Made by a program: the position numbers and the translations under genes. The notes under the pieces were generated by a model. It ran no database searches. It was given only the letters and a program-made list of their open reading frames with translations, and was not told where the DNA came from. From Candidatus Woesebacteria bacterium GW2011_GWB1_39_12 (GTDB taxonomy: Bacteria > Patescibacteriota > Microgenomatia > UBA8517), in NCBI GenBank assembly GCA_000993405.1, contig LBWB01000009.1, forward strand, positions 13,848-77,847: DNA of 64,000 nt. Direction: 5' to 3'. Below, in pieces: positions 30,336 to 39,891 of this stretch. Position 1 is the first letter of the stretch. Each line of letters begins with the position of its first letter.

Positions 30336-30665
30336 ATGATGACTAAATATAAAGAATACGTTGCCAAAATGCTCAAGGAGAACAAGGAAATTTTTGAGAG
30401 TTTTAGAAATCTCCACGACGATTATGCATTAAACCCAGACGGACTCCAAGATAGATTCAATACTGAAGGTAAAAAAGTTTTAGAAATTATCCACGAGTAC
30501 GAAAACAGGCTTTGCGCAAATACGGAACGCGGAATGTACAATAAGTTCTCGCAAGGTTTAGCCGAGAAATTCCAAAACGAAGTTAGAAAAATCTTCCCCA
30601 AAATCGACTATATCGGACTTATTACCACACAAGAATTCGTTCTTAAGAAAATAAACCTCTCTTAA
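30336..30665 (+). CDS. hypothetical protein
   Basis: ORF with TTGAAA/TACAAT promoter. Confidence 0.7.
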   Translation: MMTKYKEYVAKMLKENKEIFESFRNLHDDYALNPDGLQDRFNTEGKKVLEIIHEYENRLCANTERGMYNKFSQGLAEKFQNEVRKIFPKIDYIGLITTQEFVLKKINLS

Positions 30666-30679
30666 ATTCTACAACTTAA

Positions 30680-31171
30680 TTATCTTGCAACCGAGATGCT
30701 TTCACCACCTTCTGCTGAACAGGAAGCTACTGTGACAATTCCATTATTTACTCTTAATGTATATTCAGTGTGATCTGTTGTAACTCCTCCCGGATCAGAC
30801 GGTAAAGACGCAAGATATGCCTGATTGGTAACCAATTCTGTTTCAAGGTCAGCACAGTTACCTGTTGCAGCTACTCCACACCCTGCAACAGCATTACACC
30901 CTGTGGTAATTCCTGTATTAACGATCTCGCGCACTGTTCCATCATTAGTCAGTCCACAAGTTGCATAAGTGCCACCATTATCAACCAAACACTCATGTAC
31001 TGCGGTCAAATATTGATTTACATCGTTCCAGCGTCTGGCATTTCTAGTGTCCGCTAGTCTGGTTGCCGGATTAAGAGCGGCAAAGACCACCACCAATAAA
31101 ATTGAAAGAATAGCAACGACTAAAAGAATTTCTATTAAAGTAAAACCTCTTTTTATTTTGGGCAGAATCAT
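30680..31171 (-). CDS. type IV pilin (major pilin candidate)
   Basis: KRG|FTLIEILLVV prepilin motif; ARRWND; LPSDP. Confidence 0.9.
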   Translation of the reverse strand: MILPKIKRGFTLIEILLVVAILSILLVVVFAALNPATRLADTRNARRWNDVNQYLTAVHECLVDNGGTYATCGLTNDGTVREIVNTGITTGCNAVAGCGVAATGNCADLETELVTNQAYLASLPSDPGGVTTDHTEYTLRVNNGIVTVASCSAEGGESISVAR

Positions 31172-31226
31172 TCTTTTCACCCCCAATCTGAACACTTCTA
31201 GTATAGACATAAATGAGAGCCTTATG

Positions 31227-32306
31227 TCAATCCCGTTTCTTCCCAACTATCACCACAACGTCATATTCTGAGTCTTCTGCTAAAGTTTCATCTGATTTAA
31301 CGACTTCATAATCAACAAGAGCCTCTTTTATCAACACAAGTACTTGATCATTTATACCCTCTTTCATTTTCACTTGTGTCTCAACATAATCACTTTTATC
31401 AGCATTGCCTGTATCAACCGTGCTAAAACCAATCGGATCGAGAAGCACTTTCACACTGCCCGCTTCTCCCACCACACCCGAACCGTTTTGAACTTGAACT
31501 TTATAGCCGGATACATCTACTTCCTCTTCCGGAGTGGGTTCGACTGTCGGCATCGGTGCCAAGGTTGGTGTCAACGTAACCTGCGGCGTTTCAACACTCT
31601 CTTCCGGCTTTTTGAAAAGAAACATTTTAGCCAAAACTATAAGTCCTATAACGAATAAAATAAGTAAAATTAATGTCGTAAAACTCATTCTGAAAGTAAG
31701 AACTCCTTTTTTTTCCGACTTAGTCTCTTCCTCCTTAGAAACTTCTTGAGTTTCACCTTCGGTTTCGGTCTCGGTAGCCTTCTTCCCATCTTTTAGGGTT
31801 ATGTTTAAAACTTCTTCATCACGCCCTGCAATATCTTCTTTCATTGCAAGGCCGATAATGGGATTGGCGTCGCGCGTTTTGGCCACAACCTCCGGCTCAA
31901 TTGCTTCAACCATAAGTCCTACATTTTCAATGGACGAGGATAAGGTTTTGTAAAAATCGCCAACAAGAGCAAAGACTAAAGCCGATCCTACGCCAACTTC
32001 TTTATAATCCCATTCACCGGCCTCCAAAGACTCCGGAATTTTTTCTTTCAACTGATCGGTAATATAATCCCTCTTGGCTTCGTGAGAAAGATTTTCATCA
32101 ACATCTAACCTGACTGCATACGAAAACTCGTCGGCAACCAAAATCCTAAATTTCTTGGTTTTAAATCTTTTGACAATTTCTGCAAAAGCCAAATCCAGAG
32201 TTTCCGACGTCCAGCCAAATTCGTAAGATTGAAGAATCTTTTCCTTTGCGCCCGGATTAATTTCGGCGGTAATAATTTTATCTTTGGCAATCGCAATTAT
32301 TATCAT
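31227..32306 (-). CDS. membrane protein with C-terminal LytR_C domain and PilM-like N-terminus
   Basis: VQVQNGSGVVGEAG...TGNAD...DVVVIVGK; central TM. Confidence 0.7.
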   Translation of the reverse strand: MIIIAIAKDKIITAEINPGAKEKILQSYEFGWTSETLDLAFAEIVKRFKTKKFRILVADEFSYAVRLDVDENLSHEAKRDYITDQLKEKIPESLEAGEWDYKEVGVGSALVFALVGDFYKTLSSSIENVGLMVEAIEPEVVAKTRDANPIIGLAMKEDIAGRDEEVLNITLKDGKKATETETEGETQEVSKEEETKSEKKGVLTFRMSFTTLILLILFVIGLIVLAKMFLFKKPEESVETPQVTLTPTLAPMPTVEPTPEEEVDVSGYKVQVQNGSGVVGEAGSVKVLLDPIGFSTVDTGNADKSDYVETQVKMKEGINDQVLVLIKEALVDYEVVKSDETLAEDSEYDVVVIVGKKRD

Positions 32307-32308
32307 AG

Positions 32309-32680
32309 TTATGGAGCCTCCTTCCAGCTTGTTATAGATACTGTTGACGTTCGAGAGGCCGTTACCCTTATCTTTTTAGTATACCCTTCATTTGCAGCCT
32401 CTACAGTAAAGTCCCAATTATCACCTACCTGCGAACTCGTAACCGTACATGTTTTACCGGCAATAGTTATTGAACCGGGAATAAAATTTTCTTCATTCAG
32501 TCTTAACAGTGCGTCTTCTACACACGCTTCGACCAAGTTTAACGTTTCTTCGTTTCGCATCGCGGCAAATGAAGACTGCAGATCGTTTATCGATAAGGCA
32601 GATACCGAAATTCCGATAAGAATTACAAGTGCCGTGACAACAATCAAGCTGGTTAGGGCGATATATCCTTTTTGGTTCAT
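32309..32680 (-). CDS. PilX-like minor pilin
   Basis: QKG|YIAL, EACVEDALLRL, SWKE. Confidence 0.75.
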   Translation of the reverse strand: MNQKGYIALTSLIVVTALVILIGISVSALSINDLQSSFAAMRNEETLNLVEACVEDALLRLNEENFIPGSITIAGKTCTVTSSQVGDNWDFTVEAANEGYTKKIRVTASRTSTVSITSWKEAP

Positions 32681-32689
32681 ACAATTATT

Positions 32690-32742
32690 GTCATCCTGAA
32701 TTTATTTCAGGATCTAAGATTTCGAAACTAGTTCGGAATGAC
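32690..32742. mobile_element. empty (non-autonomous) copy of the REP-flanked GIY-YIG element
   Basis: gtcatcctgaatttatttcaggatct + aagatttcgaaactagttcggaatgac match the two ends at 62721-62747 and 63029-63054. Confidence 0.75.
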
Positions 32743-32768
32743 TATTCCATAGTCCATTGTCCACTTTT

Positions 32769-33302
32769 TCACTGTGATCGTAATTCAACCGATGTTTCAT
32801 AAGTTTCACTTTTCTGAAACTCCTGTCTGTCACCTGTTGCTTCAATAGTTATCGAAAACCTGACGTTGGTTGAGCCGGCAGTAGAAAAGTCGGTAAAATT
32901 TAAGGCTGTAACAGTTACTTTGTTGCTTGTCAAAAAATACTGGTTACCCCCATATCCGATCCTCAGGCGTCCGCTCGAAACATCTCTATCTATAACAGTT
33001 GGATTTCGACCAGCATCGGTTGACGCCAAAGAAATTGATGATGCCGAGACAGAATTAACTCCCGAAGCATTTCTGATCTCATACATTATTATTTTTACGG
33101 CGAGTCTCATGTTTTGGTTAACTTCCTGATGCACCTGCGATCTGACTCTTCCGTAAACTATATCCGAAGTAAAATAAATTACTCCGGTCATAAACATCGT
33201 CACAATGGCGATATATAAAATAAGCTCAACCAAAGTAAAGCCTCTTGAGAATTTGGAATTTGGAACTTGGAATTTGGAATTATTCATCATGGATTTCTCC
33301 AA
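32769..33302 (-). CDS. PilW-like minor pilin
   Basis: SRG|FTLVELILY; leader contains heptamer repeats (33250-33281). Confidence 0.85.
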   Translation of the reverse strand: MEKSMMNNSKFQVPNSKFSRGFTLVELILYIAIVTMFMTGVIYFTSDIVYGRVRSQVHQEVNQNMRLAVKIIMYEIRNASGVNSVSASSISLASTDAGRNPTVIDRDVSSGRLRIGYGGNQYFLTSNKVTVTALNFTDFSTAGSTNVRFSITIEATGDRQEFQKSETYETSVELRSQ

Positions 33303-35125
33303 TAACCAAAATAAAATGGACTGGTAGTGCTTTGGACTAGATTAGCTTCCAAAGTCGTTCCATCTGCATACGTCGGATTGGTCCAAGTAAATACACCGGC
33401 GCTGTCCATTTCGAGCCGTTTGGCAAATAAATCATTCACAGAGTTAGATACAAGAAACATCAATTTATCTTTATTTTTTGGATCTGTCTGGATGTCGTAC
33501 CATCTCGGAGTTCCAAACAACGGAGTTGGCGTAAACCAAGGAGTACTATCAGTTCCCTGCCTGACAAAGGTGCTGCCATTCCATACAAATCCATGAATTC
33601 TTTGTGATTGAGTACTACTATTATCAAAAACCACAATTCCACGGGTAGTAGCACCATTAATCAACCATCCGGTTGCTACAAAACTTGCACCAGCTACAGG
33701 AGTCAGGGCAGAAGTATCAAGATCATTTGTTCCCGTCCAAGCCGAACCAGACCAGCGTGCGGCTTGCAAATCGCTTCCTCCATCGCCAATTGATGCAAAT
33801 AGAATTTCGTCAGAGTTTGGATTTGATGAGATATCAAGTGACGTTGCATCATTTGCCATACTTGTAATTGCCGTTCTACTTGCATTCCACGTACATGAAG
33901 GGGGGGATCCACCGTCGCACTTGTTATACCACGCACCATTTGCCGTACCAGATCCTCCAGATCCCCAAACGACCATCAAATGCCCAGATAATGACTCAAA
34001 ATCAATATCGAAACTATCTCCATTTGGAATAGTGGGAGAAGAAGTACAATTTCCTCTACATTCAAGTGTAGTCTCCAGAGCAGACGTCCTTTGAGTCCAA
34101 GAAGAACCGCTCCAAATAGCTGCTTGCAGATCTCTATTCATATCAGCCCAGGCTGCAGCTATGACATCTGAACTAGCTCGGCTGTCTGCTGATAACTTTA
34201 CCCACGTCACCACTCCGTTTGTTCCCGGAGAGTCAAAAGCCGTCTGATCTACCCAATTGGCGCTCCCGCACCCTAAAGAACCAGATTTAGTTTGATAGTC
34301 AAGCTCGCCAGTACCAGCATCTGTAGAATAAAGCACTATCGCATCCCCCGACTGATATTCATAGGCTATATCAAATCTTCTGGTAGTACCGGTTCCCCCG
34401 ACTGTCACACTCCACTCATTCGTCCAGGTTGTTCCGTCAAAGCATAAAATCCGTAAAGTGCTAGAATCAACATAAGCAGCGATTGCTTCCTGTTTTGTCG
34501 GCGAAGTCTTGATAACAAAGTTTCTTCCAGGTGCACCAGCCACCGTATCGCTGTTTGCACTAAATGTATTACTGGCATTGCTATAAACGTTAAATCGCGG
34601 AATGGAACTTCCTGTTCGACCATACACCAAAAGTGCGTCTCCGGCTGAAGAAATTGCTTTTCTGAAATTAGTTAAATATGTCGCAAGAGTAATACTTCTT
34701 GCTCGGACGTCGGAAAAATCCCAGTCAACTGTGGCGTCAATTTTTTTAGCGTCAGGGTCAGGAGTCCCACCTGAGGCCACAATATTTCCGCCCACATCTC
34801 TTTGCACGTCAGAAATTACAATAGTTCTTAAAAACTTTCCAACATTATCTGGTCCTGCATCAAAACTCCAGACGTTTCCGGTCGTGTCTAAACCATATGT
34901 ACCCGCGGTTAAATTCCCCCACGACTGATTTTTAATCGACCTAACTCCTTCGATTCCCTCTTGGGCAATAAGTGTAGCCTGTGTTTCTTCCTCGGCTTGT
35001 CTATTAACCGAAAAGCTGTGTATTACAGTCGCAACTCCTGTCGCCGCTATGATTATAAACATAAAAACGGCGAGTATCACTTCGACTACTGAAAACCCTT
35101 TTTTAACAGTTTTTCTTTTAAACAT
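33287..35125 (-). CDS. PilV-like minor pilin with large C-terminal beta-rich domain
   Basis: KKG|FSVVEVIL, AQEGIEGVRSI; W/G/S/T-rich repeats (WSGSSW, WSGSAW, WNGSTF). Confidence 0.8.
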   Translation of the reverse strand: MFKRKTVKKGFSVVEVILAVFMFIIIAATGVATVIHSFSVNRQAEEETQATLIAQEGIEGVRSIKNQSWGNLTAGTYGLDTTGNVWSFDAGPDNVGKFLRTIVISDVQRDVGGNIVASGGTPDPDAKKIDATVDWDFSDVRARSITLATYLTNFRKAISSAGDALLVYGRTGSSIPRFNVYSNASNTFSANSDTVAGAPGRNFVIKTSPTKQEAIAAYVDSSTLRILCFDGTTWTNEWSVTVGGTGTTRRFDIAYEYQSGDAIVLYSTDAGTGELDYQTKSGSLGCGSANWVDQTAFDSPGTNGVVTWVKLSADSRASSDVIAAAWADMNRDLQAAIWSGSSWTQRTSALETTLECRGNCTSSPTIPNGDSFDIDFESLSGHLMVVWGSGGSGTANGAWYNKCDGGSPPSCTWNASRTAITSMANDATSLDISSNPNSDEILFASIGDGGSDLQAARWSGSAWTGTNDLDTSALTPVAGASFVATGWLINGATTRGIVVFDNSSTQSQRIHGFVWNGSTFVRQGTDSTPWFTPTPLFGTPRWYDIQTDPKNKDKLMFLVSNSVNDLFAKRLEMDSAGVFTWTNPTYADGTTLEANLVQSTTSPFYFGYWRNP

Positions 35126-35134
35126 AGTCCACGA

Positions 35135-36028
35135 TTAATTTATATCCAATCCCCCTGCTGCATTTAAACCAACTGTAGTAGATCCCAAATCGTTACTTAT
35201 GGTGATATTTAAAACACTTGAAGGCTCTCCCCTCTGACCCGAAGTACCCGAAAAAGTTGTCTCGCTTAGTCCCGATACACTGACACCAGTCAAGTCGTAA
35301 TCTTCACTGTAAGTAGGACTTGCACACGAACCGCTGAATAAACGTAAATTAGCCCCGCTCATGCAAACTCCCCAAGTAGTGTTGCCTTTACCATCCATTG
35401 CATAGCTTTGGGCCTTACGAATTGCGCTTATTACTTTATCGCTTCCTACCTCCAAATTGTTTGTAATAAGAAGCCGCGTTAAAGAAGGGCCGGCTGAAGC
35501 AGCTAGAATGGCAACTATCGCGATTACCAAAAGAAGCTCGATTAGGGTAAAAGCCGCTGATAAACTCCGATGAGAACGCAGATTAACGCTTTTATTTATT
35601 AGTGTTTTTCTCTGTTCTCGAGAATACTTACTTCTTACAGTGTCATATACTCTACGAATAATATCCAATTTTTCCTCTCCAAAGTTAATCAAGAAGCCCA
35701 ACTTGTAAGGAGTACCTCTCAGATAGTTCCAAAATTGTTTCTTATCTGATGCTGTTATAAAGGGTTTAGATTTCAGCTCAATTATTATCCTTTCATTTAC
35801 GACAAAATCGGGGGTATATATTCCAACCGTGACATTCTTATATGCAACTGTGATTCTTTTCTGGGTTTCAACTTGTAACTTACGATCCTCTAATTCTTTT
35901 TTCAAAGCTCGTTCTACTATCTTTTCTTTATGAACACCAGCAAAGGCTTTCCATACTTCAAAACATGCTCCTCTTATAGAATATGATTCTTGTTCATATA
36001 AAAAATTATCGACTCTTTTTTTTGGCAT
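35135..36028 (-). CDS. GxxExxY (PD-(D/E)XK) nuclease fused to a prepilin (FimT/GspH-like)
   Basis: N-terminal IRGACFEV...PDFVVNERIIIELKS...QFWNYL...GFLINFG, then SAA|FTLIELLLVIAI. Confidence 0.85.
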   Translation of the reverse strand: MPKKRVDNFLYEQESYSIRGACFEVWKAFAGVHKEKIVERALKKELEDRKLQVETQKRITVAYKNVTVGIYTPDFVVNERIIIELKSKPFITASDKKQFWNYLRGTPYKLGFLINFGEEKLDIIRRVYDTVRSKYSREQRKTLINKSVNLRSHRSLSAAFTLIELLLVIAIVAILAASAGPSLTRLLITNNLEVGSDKVISAIRKAQSYAMDGKGNTTWGVCMSGANLRLFSGSCASPTYSEDYDLTGVSVSGLSETTFSGTSGQRGEPSSVLNITISNDLGSTTVGLNAAGGLDIN

Positions 36029-36036
36029 ATGGACAT

Positions 36037-36098
36037 TTTCAGCGTTTCTCGGCGTTATTTATCTGCATTCAGCGTACTCATCAGCATTGATCAGCGTT
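36037..36098. repeat. ACGCTGA/TCAGCGT-type tandem repeats upstream of GxxExxY
   Basis: tcagcgt, tcggcgt, tctgcat, tcagcgt, tcagcat, tcagcgt; inverted copies at 35554-35590. Confidence 0.7.
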
Positions 36099-36099
36099 A

Positions 36100-37173
36100 T
36101 TATCTGCGAATTGACCCAGTCAATTGGTAGATCGGTGAGATTATCGACAAAGCCACAAACCCCACAACTAACCCTATCACAATAAGGAGAGCCGGCTCTA
36201 AAATAGTGGATAGATTGCGACTTATGTCATCGACTTCGTCTTCAAAAAAATCTCCCAAATATAAGAGCGTTTCGTCGAGTTTTCCTGTTTTTTCACCAAC
36301 AGAAATCATTCTTCCTACAAGTGGTGGAAATTCTGAGTAACCTTTACGCATTGACTCCCCGATGTTTTTTCCCTTTGTTAAAGACTTTGAAAGAGTTAAA
36401 ACGTCACCTCTAAAACGCAGGTTTGAAAGAGTATTTGCCGTTACTTCAAGACTTTTTGTTATCGGAACTCCGCTTGTTATAAGGGTTCCAAGATTTCGGG
36501 TAAAACGTGCGAGTTGGCCGTATGCAATAAGTTTTCCCATTACCGGAGTTTTCAGTAGGGCGGCATGCCAGAGCGGTTTAACTTTAGGAAGCTGTGATAC
36601 TATTCGAAAGAGTACAACAAAAATGACGATTCCTACAGCAATTAGCGACCCATAATTTTTCATCATCTCCGCAAAAAAGATCAGAATTCTTGTGGTTAAA
36701 GGAAGTTCAATATCAAACGACTTAAAAAAATCAACAAGTTGTGGAAGTATATAAAACGAAATAAAACTTCCCATTATTACTGTTGCGAAAAGTACTATTG
36801 CCGGATAAGTCATCGCGCCTTGAACTTTCTTTCGGAGTGAATAGTCTTTACCAAGTTGTTTTGCCAAAAAATCAAGGTTCTCCCCCAAAGTACCCGAACT
36901 CTCCCCGACTTCAATAAGACTTACGTAAAACTGGTCAAACACTTTAGGGTGTTTTCTAAAAGAATCAGCCAAGTTTTTACCGTTTTTGACGTCTTCCAAA
37001 ACTTGAGCGAGAACTTTCCTGAAGTATGCATTTTTACTCTGATCAACCAAAGTCTCCAAGGCCTCGGTAATTGATATTCCGGCCTTCATCATTGTAGCCA
37101 GATGCTTGGTAAATAAAAGCCGCTCCTGAATGCCCACTCTTTTCAAAAATGTAACTTGGGTAGTAAATATCAT
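36100..37173 (-). CDS. pilC: type IV pilus platform protein PilC (T2SS F family)
   Basis: VGESSGTL, AMTYP, VGEKTGKLD, LEP. Confidence 0.93.
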   Translation of the reverse strand: MIFTTQVTFLKRVGIQERLLFTKHLATMMKAGISITEALETLVDQSKNAYFRKVLAQVLEDVKNGKNLADSFRKHPKVFDQFYVSLIEVGESSGTLGENLDFLAKQLGKDYSLRKKVQGAMTYPAIVLFATVIMGSFISFYILPQLVDFFKSFDIELPLTTRILIFFAEMMKNYGSLIAVGIVIFVVLFRIVSQLPKVKPLWHAALLKTPVMGKLIAYGQLARFTRNLGTLITSGVPITKSLEVTANTLSNLRFRGDVLTLSKSLTKGKNIGESMRKGYSEFPPLVGRMISVGEKTGKLDETLLYLGDFFEDEVDDISRNLSTILEPALLIVIGLVVGFVALSIISPIYQLTGSIRR

Positions 37174-37180
37174 ATGTTTA

Positions 37181-37236
37181 TACTCGACACGAATTTAAAT
37201 ATTCGCATAATTCGCATGAATTCGTATATTAGCATC
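37181..37236. repeat. short ATTCG-type tandem repeats
   Basis: acgaat...attcgcata attcgcatg aattcgtat attagcat. Confidence 0.45.
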
Positions 37237-37242
37237 GCTTAT

Positions 37243-38919
37243 TTATTCTTTCGTCACCCTAATTATCTCATCAATGGTTGTTATGCCTTGTTTTACCTTT
37301 CCGATGCCATCCTCCAACATGGTTGTCATTCCATTTTTAACTGCAATTTTTTTAATTTCAGATGACTCTTTTTTGGCAACAATTGCAGTCTTCATTTCGT
37401 CGTCGACTAAAAGTACCTCAAAAATTCCCACGCGACCAACGTAGCCTGTCCCGTGGCACAAATCACAACCCTTACCCTTATATACTCTCAGATTTTTTTC
37501 ATTTGGAAAATACTTTTGCATAATACTTTCCGAAATTTCGTTAATTAAAATGCCGCTAACTTCTTCTGAAACGCGACACTTAAGGCAAATTTTTCTTACC
37601 AAACGCTGGGCAATTACCACATTAACGGTCGTTGCAATAAGAAAAGGTTCAACCCCAAAATCAAGAAGTCTCGGGAAGGCTGTTGCAGCGTCGTTCGTGT
37701 GCAGGGTCGATAAAACCAAGTGTCCTGTCATAGCGGCGTTTATAGAAATGTCTGCGGTTTCTTCGTCACGAATCTCCCCGACCAGAATTATATCGGGGTC
37801 TTGCCTAACTATGGACTTCAAGCCTGCCGCAAAAGTTAAGTTCGTATTCGGATTTACCTGAATTTGATTAACCCCTTCCATGTCGTATTCAACAGGATCT
37901 TCTATTGTCATTATATTCACATTCCTTTTGTTCAAGAGTTTCAAAACCGCATAAAGGGTCGTGGTTTTACCGCTTCCGGTGGGCCCTGTTGACAAAATCA
38001 TCCCGTGAGGCTTGTTGTAAGCGCTTACGACCTTTTTCAGATCGCTTTCGGAAAAACCAAGATCCTGAAGTGAAAATTGGCGACTTCTCTCGGATAAAAG
38101 CCGCATGACAACTTTTTCACCGTTAGTCACTGGAACAATGGAGATCCTGATATCCAAGTTTTCCTCGGCGAGCTCGACACTTATCTTCCCGTCCTGGGCT
38201 GATTGATGTTCGTCTGTTCTTAAGCGGGCCATAACTTTTACCCTGGTCACTATCTGCGGATGTATCACGGAAGGCAAATTTATAATGTCGTGAAGCATTC
38301 CGTCTATTCTGAAACGTACGGTCGAACCGTCATCCGTTGGCTCAATATGAATATCAGATGAGCGGTTTTGGTAAGCATAGGTGATAATTGTATCTACGAT
38401 TTTAATAATTGAAGGTTCGGCAACCTTGGTACCCTTAGCCTCTTTGACACTTTCCGCAATAATTTCATCAAAGACTTTTGCAATATCTTTTGCATAAAGA
38501 TTGAGGGCATCCTTTATACTTCTTTTGGATGCATAATAGGTTTTTACCGGAATCCCGATCTTCTTGCCTATAAAATCCGGCACTTGTTTGTCAGATGGGT
38601 CATTTAAAACAATGTGCAGTCCTTCCTTATCTCTCTTAAATGCAACGACCATCTGCTTTTTTGCATAAACCTCCGGAATTGTATTTAATACACCCTCATC
38701 TATTGCCGTTTCGGAAAGATTAACAAAAGGATAATTAATAAGATCCGCAATAATCTTGCCGATATTAGTGTCTGAAATTAAATCCTTTTGGACAAGTAAT
38801 TCTTCTAAAGAGATTTTTTTAAGACTCGCTTCCTCAAAGGATTCCTTTAATTTGTCCAAGGGAATGACGTCCAATTCTTTTAAAGTATCAAAAAGTTCCT
38901 GCTCGCTAAAAAGCCTCAT
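37243..38919 (-). CDS. pilB: type IV pilus assembly ATPase PilB/GspE
   Basis: SDIHIEP, GPTGSGKTTT, RQDPDIILVGEIRD, LSTLHTND, CxxC...CxxC. Confidence 0.95.
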   Translation of the reverse strand: MRLFSEQELFDTLKELDVIPLDKLKESFEEASLKKISLEELLVQKDLISDTNIGKIIADLINYPFVNLSETAIDEGVLNTIPEVYAKKQMVVAFKRDKEGLHIVLNDPSDKQVPDFIGKKIGIPVKTYYASKRSIKDALNLYAKDIAKVFDEIIAESVKEAKGTKVAEPSIIKIVDTIITYAYQNRSSDIHIEPTDDGSTVRFRIDGMLHDIINLPSVIHPQIVTRVKVMARLRTDEHQSAQDGKISVELAEENLDIRISIVPVTNGEKVVMRLLSERSRQFSLQDLGFSESDLKKVVSAYNKPHGMILSTGPTGSGKTTTLYAVLKLLNKRNVNIMTIEDPVEYDMEGVNQIQVNPNTNLTFAAGLKSIVRQDPDIILVGEIRDEETADISINAAMTGHLVLSTLHTNDAATAFPRLLDFGVEPFLIATTVNVVIAQRLVRKICLKCRVSEEVSGILINEISESIMQKYFPNEKNLRVYKGKGCDLCHGTGYVGRVGIFEVLLVDDEMKTAIVAKKESSEIKKIAVKNGMTTMLEDGIGKVKQGITTIDEIIRVTKE

Positions 38920-39032
38920 ACTTCCATATTACCAAGCCCGAAGAGGTTTGACTAGAGACCCGAAGGAGGAAGTGGGTTGTGATGGAATTGTGGGTCATAG
39001 AAAATGGACATATAAAGTGTTATATTTCGGTT

Positions 39033-39851
39033 GTGCCAAAAGAATATCCAATACTTGACTACATCGACGACCCAAACATTTGGAAATACTGGTTAATGGA
39101 AGGAATTCCCAAACCTCACGTTGCAGCAGCCCTTTTAACTAATTGGCTCTCGCAATTTGAAACCGGCACACCTGAACATAACACAGGCTTTTGGACCCAA
39201 AGAGCTGCGATGTTTTATACTTCTGTTAGATGGATTAACTACAATATACGAGGAGAATGGGGTGAGAGAGCGGAAATTGTTAACTGGAATGATTTTCTCT
39301 CAAAGATTTCAGCAATTCCAAAAGATACTGGATTCATATTTTTTCCCGGAAAATTTAGAACACTTCCGACACTCAACCAAGTAGAAACCGTCTATTTTGG
39401 TCTGGAAAACTTAAAAACTAAGAAAATTGTTAGTGCTTTAATTTATGAACCTCGTGAGAACGTATCAACAATTGAAGGTGAGAAAATTGTACTTGATGAC
39501 CAAATAAGGAAATGGGCTTATTCACAATTACCCGTTAACGCAGTTACCAGTTTTCCCATTATTAAAGAAGGAGAAAACGTTACTCAGTTTTACACCGATA
39601 GATACAAAGAAATACGAAATGCTAAAAGAGGTTATGTTGGGGTTGCGGTGGGAGCTAGCATTCACAGAAATGAGATAATTAGACTAAGTCAACAATACGA
39701 CATAGAGGTTGTGGATACATCAATAGGAGTAGACGATAGTTTTAAACCTATCTCTTCACTTGATACAACCGACTTCGACAATCTTTCATCTAAATCAGAC
39801 TTAGCCAATGAGCTAATACTCAAATATCTGCAACATATGGGACAGATTTAG
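39033..39851 (+). CDS. degenerate nucleotidyltransferase-like hypothetical protein
   Basis: FFPGKFRTLPTLNQ at the position of GxFDxxHxGH; GTG start after TATATT (ORF track starts at 38979). Confidence 0.45.
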   Translation: MPKEYPILDYIDDPNIWKYWLMEGIPKPHVAAALLTNWLSQFETGTPEHNTGFWTQRAAMFYTSVRWINYNIRGEWGERAEIVNWNDFLSKISAIPKDTGFIFFPGKFRTLPTLNQVETVYFGLENLKTKKIVSALIYEPRENVSTIEGEKIVLDDQIRKWAYSQLPVNAVTSFPIIKEGENVTQFYTDRYKEIRNAKRGYVGVAVGASIHRNEIIRLSQQYDIEVVDTSIGVDDSFKPISSLDTTDFDNLSSKSDLANELILKYLQHMGQI

Positions 39852-39891
39852 CTCATCTATAAGTAGATTGGCCACGAAGGAAATGGGTTCT

